64,000 bases of DNA from Paecilomyces variotii (GCA_004022145.1 RCNU01000009.1); one strand, 5' to 3'; shown: positions 1 to 14,301, counted from the first letter of the stretch. Notes: generated from the sequence alone by a model not told the origin. Program-made: numbers and translations.

Positions 1-751
1 ACGGAAAAGCAAGAAGGGTCCCTCGCAGATAAGGTGGTTGACCCGTCCACGCCACGGAAAGAGTCCCTTGCATGATGCATTCTTCATAGGCTTTTGAAAC
101 ATCAAGTGTTCGAAACAGCCCACAGAACGCTGCAAGAGACTCTCTTTCCGCGCGCTGGTGTCTGACACGATGCTGTTCTAGAAGCGTCGTGATTACATAT
201 CATTTGCCTGTACAGTCCTCGGCGCATAACTGATCGATGGAGCGCGAAAGTGATCGACTCTTTCGGATTGTGGAGGAGGCCCAGGACTCATGACATAAGC
301 AAGGGTCCTTGAAGGCGATCGACCTTGCACAAGGTTCGACAGTCGTCTCATATAGATACATACATATCTGGCTTTGGAGTCTTTGAGGCCGTGTTTCAGG
401 TCGGACTGCTCGTTGTCGAGATGCTCACGTGACGGGATGCGGCTGCCGGGAACCGGGACCCCCCTTTTCCATCCCCGAGGCTATTTAACTTAATTAACGC
501 CAGCGGTGGAGAAAAGCTCAACTCACAATGAACGAGTTAGTTCGGGATCCATACGGCACCCCTTAAGCGATCCAAAACAGATCTATCTAGCCGGCTAGAG
601 ACCCCGGTTTCAAATGGATTCGGAGACTAGATAGAATGACTGCCTGCTAGCTTCGCGAGCAGATCACTTTCTGTGGATCCTTATGGTATTGTCCCCCGGC
701 AACCACTGCTCTCGCGCGAGAGAAAAAACGCTGTTCGAAATCTCTGGATGC

Positions 752-783
752 AATAATAATAATAATAATAGTAGTAGTAGTAG
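752..783. repeat. Compound microsatellite (AAT)6 followed by (TAG)n
   Basis: aataataataataataata gtagtagtagtag read directly. Confidence 0.9.
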
Positions 784-3700
784 ATGGCTTATCCACAGAT
801 CGAAATTGAGTAGCTAGCGCAGAAGGGTCCGACTCCATTAATTTTGTTTTCCCTTCCGGACTAACACAATGCACAGCAGATCCCTTGAGAGTTCTGCTCA
901 TACGATTTCTCTGAGACAGACGCGCAATCTTAGATGGTTTGATGTGAGTTATGGGGCTGAGAAGGATAATAATGCCCTTCATAAGTTTTTCATCTGCGGT
1001 TGCTGCATCATGGTAGAATGGCGAATAAAAAGCTTTCTGCTTGACTATTATGTCTTGTGCCATGGGGCATAATAATAATCCCGTAGCGTGATTAACCCCA
1101 ACCCCAACGGTAGTGGAGGGCTGTTGCTCCTTTATCCACAGTACGTACTCCGTAGACGAGACGGTTTTAGCAGCGCGTTGATAGTTCCCCAGGGATTGCT
1201 ATTTTTGGCTTATTTAGATGATCGCACCGATCTCGCCTGAACGTAGCTGAATAGAACTACGGAGTAGAGCATTCTCATCAGTCTGCCAACCTGTGCGAAG
1301 ATCGTTACCACAGAGATATATTATTCCGGGGATAACGACGCAAACAACATCATCCTTAGCGATGTGGCTGCAGGAAGGCTGTGTCAAGACAAGATTTCAG
1401 CATCTGTGCGTGCAGGCAGAAGGATAGTTTGGTTTAGTCGCGGCTGTACGGAACTTTCCAAGAGCTACCAAGTAATCCCCTGGAAACATATGCATCAAGG
1501 TGGAGTCCACGTAGACCGGTAGCGAAGGGAACAGGACGAAATACGCCACGGGGATGTACGTCGCTTCTAGGGATCCTGCGTTTTAATCCCCGGAATAAAT
1601 GATGATAATAATGATGCGCTCTGCGATGGTCCACGACGCAGAAGTCAATAGTCACGGCGTTGCATTACTGAGAGAGGACATATGCTCCGTCCAACAAGGC
1701 GCAGCGACTATCTATCCAATTTTTTGGTCGTTGAATATCAACCAGGAGCAGCTAATAGTCGATGAACTGAAGGTATCCTTGCTCCGAAGAGCATCGCCAG
1801 TATCTAGTCGGCTCTCAGGTATATCACCGATGATGCTCGTTCACCCGGCTCCATAAATGACTCAGGGTCAGAAGGGTCCACGGCCAGCGGTCTCGACAGA
1901 TCTGGATACTTACGCTAGGGCACAGGTCAAACAGTCTGCCGGATGTTCACCAGTTGACCCGGTTCATGGTGATCTGCAGGGCATCGGCATAGCGTGGCTT
2001 GCACACGGAGCCGCTGGCGCAGGTACGTTGAAAACCTGCCAGGTTGAGGTTAGTCTCGCGGATCTAAAACGACTTGTGCCACTCATGAGTGGTTCAGGCT
2101 ATTTAGTTGCCCAGCATTCTAAAACGTGACGGGTGACGCCGTCGAATCTTAAAATCCATGCTGGGATGCAGGCTCTAGCCATGTCTAGGAAAGGCCGCCA
2201 TAGGGCTTCGGATGTGGACAGGATGAAAATTCACCGTGGCTGAGGTCTCAGCTGTCTCGTAGTTGCCTGGATTGTTCGTCCAGTTGAGGGTATTTCTTCG
2301 GACGGAGAAACAGTCACTAGGTAGACGGAAGTGCCACATGAACGCCTGTGTCCTTTTGTATCGATAATGAAGGGCTGCGATATGCGACACATGCGATCTC
2401 AACAGCGTCGCTTCAATAGAAGTCAATAATGATGGTCAGATAGTGTCGGACTTTTACCTGATCACGTACTCGTAATTGGGGCCGATTGAATGCTCAGCCG
2501 ATCCCGAATAGTAGTGGGACAACGAAGGATCAGGAGCCCCTTTGGAGTCGGACCCTTCCCCTGCTCGGATTCATTATTTAGTCTATCCGTGTATTTAATC
2601 TAAATATGTTAACCTGCATGCGACCCCTGTTCATCCGTAGAGTAAAATAGCTTGTGTGGGGAAAAAATTCCAGCCCAGTTTGAAGGCGCTCAGCTCGACC
2701 GTAAATAATAGAAATAATGATGATAATCTACCGTCGGAGGTCCGAACGATCGTCCCGCGATGAGCGAGATCCTCGAGGTGGGCGACGGAGTTATGAATAA
2801 TAATATGTTTCTGAATCTCTCCGCGGACGGCAGGTGAGGATACATTCGCGGATCGAAATATGAACATGTCGGGGACCAGAACTGATCACCGTAGTCTTAT
2901 ACTGATGATGAAGAGACGTGGCTGATTAGCGTCGTCCTGATCTGGCCTTCCAATAAAAATGGGTCAATTGATCTCAGCAGAGCCTCCGCGGACGATATAG
3001 CTACTCCACCGCGTTTTGTGACAGTCTCGTCCAGCATCGCTCATCATAGATATGCCTAGCCATGTTTTCTCAGGCCCGATTGACCACCAGGCTGTTTCGA
3101 GGAAGACTCCCCGATCTATGCTGTCGCTATACAATTGCACAATGAAACTAATCTGCGATCATCGATCTCCTGCCGCCATCCAGGCTAACGCTATGGGGCA
3201 GGGTATAGCCGATATGATACTTTATTTGGGCGTTCGTTCTTTCGACGGTTCTGCGCAAGTATAGCGGTCTCCTGGAGTCGGCTATGCGACGCCACGTCTG
3301 CACAATGCGCGCATTTCCGCCAGGGAAGTTTCCCCATTGAGAGAGAAGTAAACACGTCTCTTATACAACATGCACTGATTGATATTGTGCTGAGCTGGGA
3401 TCGTGTGATCAAGATCTCAAGGGTCATATAGTTGACTCTCCATGTGTCTTGTGTCTCACCACTGGGCGGTTAATACTGCGTTGCAGATCATATAGCACAT
3501 GGATAGTAATAGAGACGCCCAATCGCTAGTTAGTTACTGCGTGCCATGCAGTTGACATCAGCGGAGCGAGATGATGGCAATGGCAGAAAGCTTCATCGGA
3601 ATGCTCCACACTTCGAGCAAGCTATACACCACTAGGCCTTGTAAACCTGCACAGGGATCCCACCAGTCCTGGCCGTACGTAGTAGTAGTAGCAGACTTAC

Positions 3701-5588
3701 GGCCGAGTTACCTCCAACAAGCAGGAGGGAACGGTGGCCAGCGAGATGCCCTGGGTTGACAGCCGCAGAGTGATCAACGCTCCAAGATCTAGGACATGGC
3801 TCGAAGCAGCAGGAACGGATCGAGGGAAAACCGTAATGCAAGGCGACTCTCGTCATCGCGAAGCGTTTCAGAAAAGTACTGAATGACAGAGGGGCTTCCT
3901 TTTCGTATCGAACTCGCAGATAATCATCATTGTTGTTCCCTTCGAGACCCGTCTGTAGCAGAATGTAACTGCGAGATTAACCTTAAACGACACATAACGG
4001 CGCATCTCCATTTCTCCGCAATGTCGGCTAGATACTCGGGGAGATAGGCTAGGACGCAGTCAACATCTCCGTTTTCTGCAGCATGCCGGACGTTGGAACA
4101 CACGAGGCATGGGATGCCAGCAACCACGCAGCTGAACCAGCCAAGAGACCAAAATCGGACCTTGGCTCGCATATCCCGGGTGACGCCCACACGATCTGCC
4201 GCCGTTTGAGCGCATAGTTAGCTAGTTCAACCATGGAGACAGATGCCCTGTACTATGAGACTATGAGATTGAGAGTTCAACCGCCAGATGATCCCCTGGG
4301 CAGGGCTTGCCGAATGGTGGGTCGGACGGACCGGCTGCGCGTTCGCTCTTCTTTTTTTTTTTCTGATCCCCTAACTTAACTTAACTTAGCCTAACGACTA
4401 ACCTGCTGGACGACAGAGACAGAGACAAGCCAGCATGAATTTAGTTACCTCCTTTTTTTCCTGTATCGCGAGAAACACGAACCAGGATGGACTCTCTCGA
4501 CCAGGATGAATGCTGCGGGGCAAAAGCGCTCTCTGGCCCGCCTCGTCTCCCTAGGGTCAACTGCCAATCCACCGTGTGGAACGGCGCCCGCAAGCCTCAC
4601 GGAAACCGTTCCAGGAGGCACTTGAGACCCCAGAGAAAAGCGTTGTGCTTCCAACAATCCAACCGGAGCTTGTGCTGGCTTGGGGCTGGTCCCAGTGCCG
4701 CAGCAGCCTTGTTAGAGAACGTCGTGCACGGGCTTGTGGTATCGACCATCTCCAAACCAACTCCAGCACGGTGGATATCATCGTTCGCCAGAACAGGAAA
4801 GGAAAAGAGCCAAAGAAAGGAACCCTAAGTGCAAGGTCATTTAGGTTCATCGCCCAATTGTCTTTCCCTCCAACGGCTAGCCTGATTGGAATCCAGACGA
4901 GTCGATGAATTGCCTGCTTACAGACGATCTGTTTGGCGGCGGACAGACCCAGAGCTCCTCTCAGGACCCTTAACTGGTTCTGTGTCCCTCGTCCATTCAT
5001 CTTTCTTGACTCTGCAGAAGCTTCCTGGCAGTTATCCTTTTTCTGTTTCCTTCTTTTATCGCATCACTGTCGGTCAATCCCCTGGTTGCCAATCTCTCTT
5101 TTCATAAGTTGCGCGCCTTGCCGCTGCCCGTCATTCGACAATTACTACTTCCCTTCCAGCTCTACACTTCTCCGTGAGATTGTTGTTAGAGTCGTTGCTT
5201 GGCCAGTTTCCCTTTTATTCCCTTCCAGTAAGGTTCCGTAAACTATACTGGATCAGATTTACCATTGTTGTTGTTGTTGTCATTGAAAGACAAACGACCT
5301 GCTGTCAACACGGAACGCTTGGCAATATAGTTGTTGCTGGACCCAGTCAATCATACCAGCAGTCACATTGCCCCGTCTTCCTTCCACCTTTGCCACCGTC
5401 GACATTGAGCCACCGAGGAAGCTCCTGGAGATCAGTCCTCGAGTTATTCAATCGACTTTCCGCACCGAAACAGACTTTGCTGGCAAGTGGTAAGAACATT
5501 ACTTGGACCACTGTGTCTCCCAAGCCGAGCTATAGTTTCTAATAGTCCCCAGGTTGACGATACAAAGCTAGCTTTTTGTCTATCAATT

Positions 5589-6581
5589 ATGTCAAGGAGT
5601 CAGACCAGCATGGTGTCAATTTTGAACAACGACGATAACCCGTCGTTTGCAGTCCGGCCAACTCCTCGGTTGACCAAACAAAACTCTACACCATCGTGTA
5701 CATATCCCTCTACTCACCACCACCGGATATCGGTGCCTGACTACCGCTTCGGCCCTTATTGCGACTCTCTGGTGTCGCCAAGATATACCCAACCGCCTTT
5801 GGACCCGTTCTCGTCGCACTCAGCTCCACATCCGGTGTCAGCTGGACCAGTGGAATATTCCTACAATTCCACGGCAGCCAGCCGGGATTTGTATTCTGGT
5901 TACGGAAGAGACTTGTCCCTATATACGCATGCAACCTCTCCCAACAGGATCCTGCCTACAGTGACTTCCCCAAGCGAGCCTCTTTCACCACGGACGCCCC
6001 TGGGCGGCCCTACAGAACTGGCCGCGTCGAGAGTGAACCGAAAGAACAAGTACCCATGTCCCTACGCGGCATCTCATGGATGTTCGGCAACTTTCACAAC
6101 TTCGGGGCATGCTGCACGGCATGGAAAGAAGCATACGGGAGAGAAGAGTGTTCACTGTCCCATATGTAACAAAGCCTTTACACGAAAGGACAACATGAAG
6201 CAGCATCGGCGGACACATCGAACGTACTCGGAGGATATGACTTCGAGACTGGACAGAGACCGGGAGCGACGACTGTGGACCAAGAGCAGTGACCAACTGT
6301 ACAGTCACAACCGATCAGCGAGCCAATCACTCTCGGATGCAGACGAGTATTCCGGACCCAGTGGACTCAATTCACCCACTGAAGAGAAGCCCTATAGCGC
6401 TTTGGAACTGCGTCCCGGAAAGCCGTTACCACCATCCGCATATGATGATCTGTCTATGAGGTATAGCAAACCTGACTTTGGTCGGAGCCAACCGGCATCA
6501 CGATCGGGAAGCATCACTGGTAGCCTCGACGCTCTGGTGATAGCAGCCTCCAGAGGCAACTTGAATTCTTATCAGCAATGA
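5589..6581 (+). CDS. C2H2 zinc-finger transcription factor, Nrg1-like (two fingers), intronless
   Basis: First ATG at 5589 (MSRSQTSMVSILNND). Fingers YPCPYAASHGCSATFTTSGHAARHGKKH-TGEK-SVHCPICNKAFTRKDNMKQHRRTH. FTTSGH.ARH resembles the first finger of yeast Nrg1. Confidence 0.9.
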   Translation: MSRSQTSMVSILNNDDNPSFAVRPTPRLTKQNSTPSCTYPSTHHHRISVPDYRFGPYCDSLVSPRYTQPPLDPFSSHSAPHPVSAGPVEYSYNSTAASRDLYSGYGRDLSLYTHATSPNRILPTVTSPSEPLSPRTPLGGPTELAASRVNRKNKYPCPYAASHGCSATFTTSGHAARHGKKHTGEKSVHCPICNKAFTRKDNMKQHRRTHRTYSEDMTSRLDRDRERRLWTKSSDQLYSHNRSASQSLSDADEYSGPSGLNSPTEEKPYSALELRPGKPLPPSAYDDLSMRYSKPDFGRSQPASRSGSITGSLDALVIAASRGNLNSYQQ

Positions 6582-9151
6582 GCTGGCCATGCTAAGAAGG
6601 GACACGGTCTGCCGTGCGAGGCACTTGCGGCGCTGAGCGCTTGCATAGTCAGATTTCTTAGTTTTCCCAGTCCCAGTGAGGGATGAGGTCGTGCAGCGGG
6701 TTCTAGCACCGTCTCTGCATCAAATTACTGGGCTGGATTGTTTCTATCCACGTTATTTCTCTTGACCGGGTTATACTGCCGGTCGCCTCGACCTACTGTG
6801 TAGGCGATGTACTGTACAATACTTCGAACTGTGGGAGTAGGAGTTCCAGGAGAGGCCCTTTCACCTCAGCTACTATTCGTTCCTTTGAAGATTTCTTTCT
6901 TTTTTTTGTTTGAGCAGGGTTTATCTGCGGAGGCGCAGGGTGTTTCTTGAAAAGCTGTGGTTGACTCCAAGTTTCCATTCATTGGTTGTATTCTTTTTTT
7001 TTTTTTTTTTCTTCTTTACTTTTCTGCGAAAGCCCGCTATTGCGTTCGTTAAGACTCTTTTCCTTATCTTTTTCTTGCAAAGTGTCGGTTATACAAGGGC
7101 CGGGGGTGCAGTTATCGTGACGGGGCTGCGTGCTCTACGGGATGCGCGGACCGTTGACGGGAACTGGGACCCCAAGGCTATGAACGTATGGCCGTCAGGA
7201 TTCGGATGGAATGTGAGGGATGTACTACTAAGAGACATGGTTATGGCCGTGTATGTTTTGGCAAAGTTGGGAGGTTATTTGGGCAACTTTCAGGTCTCCG
7301 ACTGCGGTGGGGTGCGAGCCAGTTGGAGATTAGAGTCTGTTGGGGACTTAATAGTCACTTGAATTTAAGTGTTCTGCACCCGAAGACTGTGCATTATAGA
7401 CTTTTTTTCTTCTCTTTTCTTTTTTTTTTTTTTTTTTTTTTTTTGCTTATTTGTAGGATGGATGTATCAAAGACTGGCCGAGTTGCGACGCGTCTGTGGA
7501 GTCTTTCGCCATTGCTGCGTTGTCCGTGTGCTCTTCGAGGACTTCTAGGCCACTCTACTTCTCTTGTATCAGATCTACTCGATCATTCTTCTCCACCGAC
7601 CCAGGGGTATGACGATGAGCAGACCATGGCTCGTCTCCAATGCTCGAACCACGGAACATTGACGGTTCCAGTCGGCCAGAGCCGGTGGAACCGTGGTGCA
7701 GAGCAGAGACCTAACGACATACCATACTCTATGGTACAACAAGATGCTTGTTTCGACTGGTGCGATCATTGTGCAGAGTCCAGACACATCCGATAGTCAG
7801 CGCGGGGATCTGGCGGTGTTCAACTGCCACGCTACAAGGTATTAGTTATGGTATGAAGCCGGAACGAGCAGCCGACCATTGGAAGAGACGGTTTCTCTGG
7901 CGAGTCGAGTCGCACGAGGAGCGTCAGTTCAGACTCTGGATGGCTTTGATTCGAACTAAGAGAGTAGAGCAGCAAGCAATACTGTTGGGTGTTCGCAGTA
8001 TTGTCGCCTTGTTTCTGTTTGCGCGAGAACGCCTGTTGCGTCATCGCGGTAACCGCTTGGATAGTTGGATTTCTCATTCCTTTCGCTTCTTGAACTTATC
8101 AGCCATCAGTTTATTAGTGGTATTACTCGACACCTCACTGCTTCATTTAAGGACGGGCATCAACCGCGATTTTCCCATCTTCTCTTTTAGCTTTCCCATA
8201 TGGCCTTTCTCGATCTTCCTCCATCTCCATCTTCCCGAGCCACTCCTCATCTGACCAGACAATCGATCTCGACGAATCGTGGCTCCTCGTCTCTAGTCTC
8301 TACTAGAGAGAGACTCTAGAGCAACGACTCAGCCACAACGTCAGCATCCCCGGCCCACGCCAAGCGACGAATTCTCCGGCCAGTCCTAATTCAGTGCGCC
8401 GTCGTACTCTCTAGGCCGTCACGGCCCCTCAGCGTTGCCTCTGCGGTCCACCAAGAGGATTCTGGACGCCCGATCGAGCCCTGGGATTGAGATCTTCAGC
8501 CGGGCGCAGGTGGTACTATAGCGTGTCCCTATAGGGCTCTCACAACAGGACTGAATTATCAGATTAATTCCAGTCGCCTCACCACTTCCACCAGGGCGCT
8601 GGGCTGGATAACGAGACGGGCGGACCGTTGAACGGGCGTCAACGTGCTGCTATCTACTACCAATTAAGCATCTATACCAGGAAAACCACGCCAGTACATG
8701 CCCGAAAGTTCCAGGGATACCGATTCGTTGTTATCTGGCTGCCCGAAGATCATTGATTTTAATCTCCCAACGGTCGAATTCAGATTGAGAATCTACTCCT
8801 CGTCTCTGGCACATCGTCGCCTTTCGAATATTAACTGTCGAGTTTATCTTCTGGAAGCCTGAATCTCTGGCTAGGGTCCACAAACGGTCCAGCTACCATC
8901 TACCACGCAAAGGCGCCGATCAGAGAGGCTGGTGAAGATCTGCCCACCTCTAGACGTCACACTACGCCATCCTCCTTCTCGCCCCGCGCATCGGGCTGAC
9001 GGTTCGCACGGCTCCCGTCGAGGGTCTTTATCCATTCCACCCGGCGCGATTCTCCATCTTCCTTACCATTCCTTTTCCAAGATTCTAGCTTTGTGTTTTT
9101 GGAAGAGGAAATTATTATTGTCTTTGCTTTTGTGTGTCTCCTGCCCTGACG

Positions 9152-11045
9152 ATGTCGTACTACTACGACGATCGCCGTTATCGCTCCAACCGCGATAGAT
9201 ATCGTCCCACCGGCTACGTCGAGGAAACCTATGTTGACTCCCGCGGCGGGGACAATGGCCGCATGGAGCTTGTCCGTCGTTACGACGACAGCGACGATGA
9301 AGTCATTGAAGAGGTCCAGCGAGACTTTCCTCCCGGGGAGTACAGCTATGGTATACCAAGACGTAGTAAGACCACGACCGTCCGGGAAGGTGTTCGTCGA
9401 GCACGTTCCGTGGGCGGCCAGGATCCTTATTATGGTGGGGGATACTATCGACGGGGTGGCCATCGGCGACCGAGGGGCTATGACGACAGACGTAAGTTCC
9501 CCTTTCCGACTACTATCAGGCGCGAGATATTTGAAAGTGTCTGTTCAGTAGTCTAATGCTGTCGCAGGAGACCGCCGCTCGAAGTATTCGTCTTCATCTC
9601 GCAGTCCATCACCACGCCCAAGACGTCGCAAGTCCTTTAGTGAACAGGCTCTCGGTGCGCTGGGTCTAGGGGGTGTTCTTGGAGCCGCTGCTGGCAAGAA
9701 TCGTGATGATGATCGTGGCCGCCCGCGTCGAGAGCGTCGTCGTCATCGTCGCTCGTACTCATACTCTTCCTCTCCGTCCCGTAGTCGAAGCAGGCACCGC
9801 GACAAGAGTGAAGGGCGGATTGCTCAGGCGGTCAAGACAGCAATTACTGCTGGCGCGGCTGAAGCATTCCGTCTTCGCAAGGAGCCTGGCCCATGGAATG
9901 GAGAGAAGGGGAGACGAGTTCTGACGGCCGCTATCGCCGCGAGCGGTGTCGATGGTCTCATTGACCGTGACCCAAAAAAGCACACTAAACGTCACATCAT
10001 TGAAGCTACTCTTGCTGGTTTGGCTGCCAACCACCTCCTGAATGGCCCGGCTTCCAGATCTCAGTCACGGAAGCGCGGTGGCTCCCGGGGACGGTCTCAA
10101 AGCCGTGGCGGCATTAAAGACATAGCATCTGCTGGTGTCTTGGCTGCAGCGGGTAAAGAGATCTATGACCGCGTACGTTCCAAGTCTCGGGGACGTCATC
10201 GGTCGAGCTCGCGCGACGGTTATGACAGCGGTGATGAAAGCCCTCCCCGAGATCGCCGTTCAAGGAAGCGCAGCCGGAGCGTGACCGACTATATTAGCAA
10301 AGGACTTGGGGCGCTTGGGCTGGATGACGGCGGACATACTTCGGACAGGAAGAGTCGTCGCGGGCGGTCATTGGAACGGTACTCGGATGAAGACTCCTAC
10401 GACGACTATTCATCCGAGGACGATTACCGCTCGCGACGTGATGGAGATAGGAATCGAGAAGTAGGTCGACTCCGTGCCCCAACCGACAGCACCAGCCTCT
10501 CCACCAGGACTGGAGGCCCTGGCAGGGAAGGCCATGGCTCAAACGGTGGTGGTGGCGGCGGTAGTAATTCTAGCTCCGACTGTGATTCTGACCTCGGCTC
10601 CAGTTCCGACGAAAAGCGCATGCGTAAAAAGATGCGCCGCAATGAATTTCTAACTGCAGGTTTGGCGACAGTGGCCACGATCCATGCTGCACACAACGTG
10701 GTGAAGAGTATCGAAAAGCGGAAGAAGAGACAGGAGCAATTGAAGGAAGGGAAGATTACGCCTGAAGAGGCACGCAAGCGAAAGCAGAAGGCGTTGTTGG
10801 GAGACGCAGCGAGTATAGGGTTGGCAGCACTAGGTATTAAGGGTGCAATTTCCGAATGGAAGGAGGCCAAGGAGAAGCGTGAGGAAGCGCATAAATTCAT
10901 GCATGAATGTGAAGAGCGCCGACGCAAGAGGGAGGCGCGCCGTACGAGGAGCCACAGTGCGAGTTATCCTTCGCGACGCCATGGGTCTGAGTACTCAGAT
11001 GCCAATCCGTACTCGTCAAGAGCATGGTCAGACGACGGATACTGA
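9152..11045 (+). CDS. Arg/Ser/Asp-rich conserved fungal protein, DUF3824-type; exons 9152-9491 and 9568-11045
   Basis: Intron gtaagt...ctaat...gcag at 9492-9567 joins the ORFs in frame. Motifs KEPGPWNGEKGRRVLTAA, LATVATIHAAH and GLAALGIKGAISEWKE. Confidence 0.85.
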
Positions 11046-12526
11046 TGAGCTACGGCTAGTACTGGAGAGCCTATCTTATTGGATTTTATGTTTTGCCCAC
11101 TCATCTCCGTTATCGTCATGTTTCCTTGATACAGAGATTCCCTTCTGTTTTATGTTGTAATGAGTTGTGACGACCATGTTTAATGACCTTGATATCTTCA
11201 CGAGCAATGTTATGATACAGAATGAGATACGACATTGATGCAAAATTTCGAGATGGAATGACTGTTGCATATCTCAATGGTATTTGTTGTATAGATTATC
11301 GATGATCAATGTCTGAGTAAATAGTTTGCTGATTTCCACTTTTGGATACTGCCACAGTTTAAACTGCACGAGACCATTCTATTCCAAACGGATCTCGACC
11401 TAGCAGAAATCAGTTTCTTCGACATTATCCGGAAACATAAGTACCCTGGAACGGCCCGTCGCCCCCGCTGGATCCAGAAACAGTGGGCCAAATCCCAGCG
11501 CCACCAACAGTCCCATACCGGACGGACTAGTACACAGTTAGATACCGACACTTAAGCAACAAAACAACATGGATACCGCGGAAAGCCAAAACTAAAATAT
11601 CATGCATCTGACATGTTCAATCAGGGTCAGGGCAGTTCAATCCAGCGAGACGTCCGAGCGCCACAAACTTCGTATTCATTTTAGGGGCGAGGTTCTGTGA
11701 GAGATCATATGTATGAGCAATTTTCGGGTGTCATCATTACAGTATCAAGGGGGCACAGATAAATTAGAACTTGTTTCATGTTTTTTTCAGGGCTTAGGGG
11801 TGGAAAGAGATGTAGACGTTTACTTGCAGAAGTAAAAAAAGGGTCTAGGGGTTGGAGTCGGATTTGGTCATGCAAATAGGAGGTATGTGTATAGTTACTT
11901 GTATACTTGGCGTGATGATTTATTTCTGTCGAATTATTTATAAATGAAGGGGGTTTTGCCTGATTGACTGGCTATGTAGCTGCTGTGCATTATATTGTTA
12001 ATATTACGCCCCTGCTAGTTAATATACTTATGAGTTGAACTGTCTAATTTAATACCATAGCTTTGATTAAGATACTTACGGGCCGCAAAAGGACTAGGGA
12101 CGGAAGCGTAAAGAGGATATTGCTGCACTGGGCTGGAAAACTATTGGAGGTCGATGAAAAAATTACATACAGTTAGAAAATAAAAAGTAAATGCAGAGCT
12201 CTTATTAAAATTTTACACAACCATCCTACGTAAATATAAGTTCATATAAATCTGAAGAAGACTGGTGATCGACGTCGTTCCCTTTTATCTCAGCGGATGT
12301 GGAGATGATGATTTCTCCGCATCCCGTCCGGTAATAGTAGATTTCGTCTCATTTAATCACTGCTTCTACGACGAAAAACGTGGTTATCAGACGTCAATTT
12401 TCCATCAAGGTTATTTCGTTATTCTAGGTATAATTTGCGGAGATTGAATCTTCACTACCAACTCGGCCTGCTTTTTGGTTCTTCTATCTTATCAATAGTC
12501 GTGCTTTTCTTTTGACTTAAGTCCCA

Positions 12527-12541
12527 CGGGAAATATCTCCG
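12527..12541. promoter_or_regulatory. Inverted CGG-N9-CCG motif (candidate Zn2Cys6 site) upstream of the ADH; SYGGRG CreA-type sites nearby at 12299, 12315 and 12437
   Basis: cgggaaatatctccg. Related motifs lie upstream of the other block genes. Confidence 0.4.
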
Positions 12542-12552
12542 GAATATTAACA

Positions 12553-13674
12553 ATGACCACATCTAATCTACCCAAAACTATGAAAGCTCAAGTTCTCGAA
12601 GCATTCAAGTCACCTTATGTGCTTCGAGAAGTTCCTCTTCCCAAAATCTCTTCTCCACATGACATCCTGATCAAAGTCGATGCTGCTTCATACTGTCATA
12701 CAGATGCGGTCCTTGCAGCGGGTGACATGCCACCAAATCCCCGCTCATTTCCACATGTTGGTTCTCATGAGTTCGCAGGGACAGTGGTCGCAATACCGCC
12801 GAATGGGACGGTAGATTTCAAACCAGGCGACCGTGTTGGTGTTCCTGGCCGCGCACTACATGCATGTGGTGTATGTGATGAATGTCAGGATGAGAAACGT
12901 CCCGAGAACGATTTGGCTAGATACTCTGTATTTTGCCCCGCGTCAGAGGGTAATGGGGTCTCTGTCGATGGGGGTTTCAGGGAGTACGCGGTAGTGGATG
13001 CAAGGCAGATAGTGCCGATACCATCTGAACTGAGCGCAGCAGAGACAGCTCCTATGATGTGCGCAGGCGTCACTATCTATGCTGCTTTGAAGAGATGCGG
13101 GCTCGCGCGCGGACAGCGAGTGGGGATAATCGGATGCGGTGGCGGTCTTGGACATCTAGGACTGCAGTTTGGAGTCAAGATGGGCTTGGAAGTCTTCGGT
13201 ATCGACAATTCAGATACATCATTAAAACTGGCGCGTGGTTTGAATACCGGCGCGCGAATTGTGGATTCGAGAGTGGAAAACGCTGCAGAGATTGCTCGTC
13301 AGATCGGCCTCGCAGACAGCAAGAAATATCCAGGAGAGATGGGTCTCGACGCCGTGATCATCCTGGCGGAAAGTCAGAACGGTTTCGATTACGGGATGAA
13401 GTTGCTGAAGAATCATGGGAAATTGGTCCTGGTCTCGTTTCCTAAGGAAGGGTTCCATATTTCATCCCGAGATATTGTCTTCCGAGACATATCGATAGTA
13501 GGGAGTTTGGTAGGTGGTCGGAAGACGTTGAAGGAGATGTTGGAATTCTCAGCCAGACATAGCATCAGACCGATCATTAAGCGATATCCTCTGTCGAAAT
13601 TGAATGAGCTCGTTGGTGATTATAGTCGTGGAATTGGCGGGAAATTGATTGTGGATATGTCTCTGGAGGAGTGA
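12553..13674 (+). CDS. Zn-dependent medium-chain alcohol dehydrogenase, intronless
   Basis: YCHTD and GSHEFAG catalytic Zn motifs. ACGVCDEC...C structural Zn site. GCGGGLG Rossmann loop. Confidence 0.95.
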   Translation: MTTSNLPKTMKAQVLEAFKSPYVLREVPLPKISSPHDILIKVDAASYCHTDAVLAAGDMPPNPRSFPHVGSHEFAGTVVAIPPNGTVDFKPGDRVGVPGRALHACGVCDECQDEKRPENDLARYSVFCPASEGNGVSVDGGFREYAVVDARQIVPIPSELSAAETAPMMCAGVTIYAALKRCGLARGQRVGIIGCGGGLGHLGLQFGVKMGLEVFGIDNSDTSLKLARGLNTGARIVDSRVENAAEIARQIGLADSKKYPGEMGLDAVIILAESQNGFDYGMKLLKNHGKLVLVSFPKEGFHISSRDIVFRDISIVGSLVGGRKTLKEMLEFSARHSIRPIIKRYPLSKLNELVGDYSRGIGGKLIVDMSLEE

Positions 13675-14301
13675 GCGAGTTAAGCTATGTGATAGTATTA
13701 GATTATCTTCTATGATACTTGCAGTCAGTTCACTTTTCCTTGTCTTGGTAACCTACTTTTGGATAATTATTAGGAAGATTAAATATATTCCCTGCCTATT
13801 CCGTTTGCTTCATCCCAGTACTTAAGATATCACCTGTGAAGTTGCAGCATGCTTCCTTCATTGACTTGAAATATCATATTAATTCCAGTCGCGCAATGTG
13901 CTAGAAAAGGGAAGTCTCATGTAGAGCCAATCTCGAGGTAATAATTTCAGCTAGTTTGATGAGCTTGGTGCGTAGTGGGATATCAATTTCATTTCCACCA
14001 AGGTACTCGTAGATATTCCAGATGTATCTTCAAAGCCAAATACAAGCTCGGAATTGATATAAACGATGGTCTAGATAGAGCGTATGAAGCACTTTTCTGA
14101 GGCCTTGCCGTTGAGACTAGTCTAGAGTCTACCAACGGCGAATCCCAGTGTCTTCCACTTCACCTATACATTGGATGAAACAGATATCAATGGTAATCAT
14201 CGTGCATTTAGTCCAATCATAACTGCCTCATACATCTCTAATATGATTGTAAAATGTCCCGACCAGTCAGATACAGCCCTTCTCGACATCCAGTCACACA
14301 A

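Noticed and set aside
6793-8254. ORFs of 150-200 aa with poly-Phe stretches
   Set aside because: Driven by poly-T runs in probable 3' UTR/intergenic DNA; no recognisable domain or splice structure
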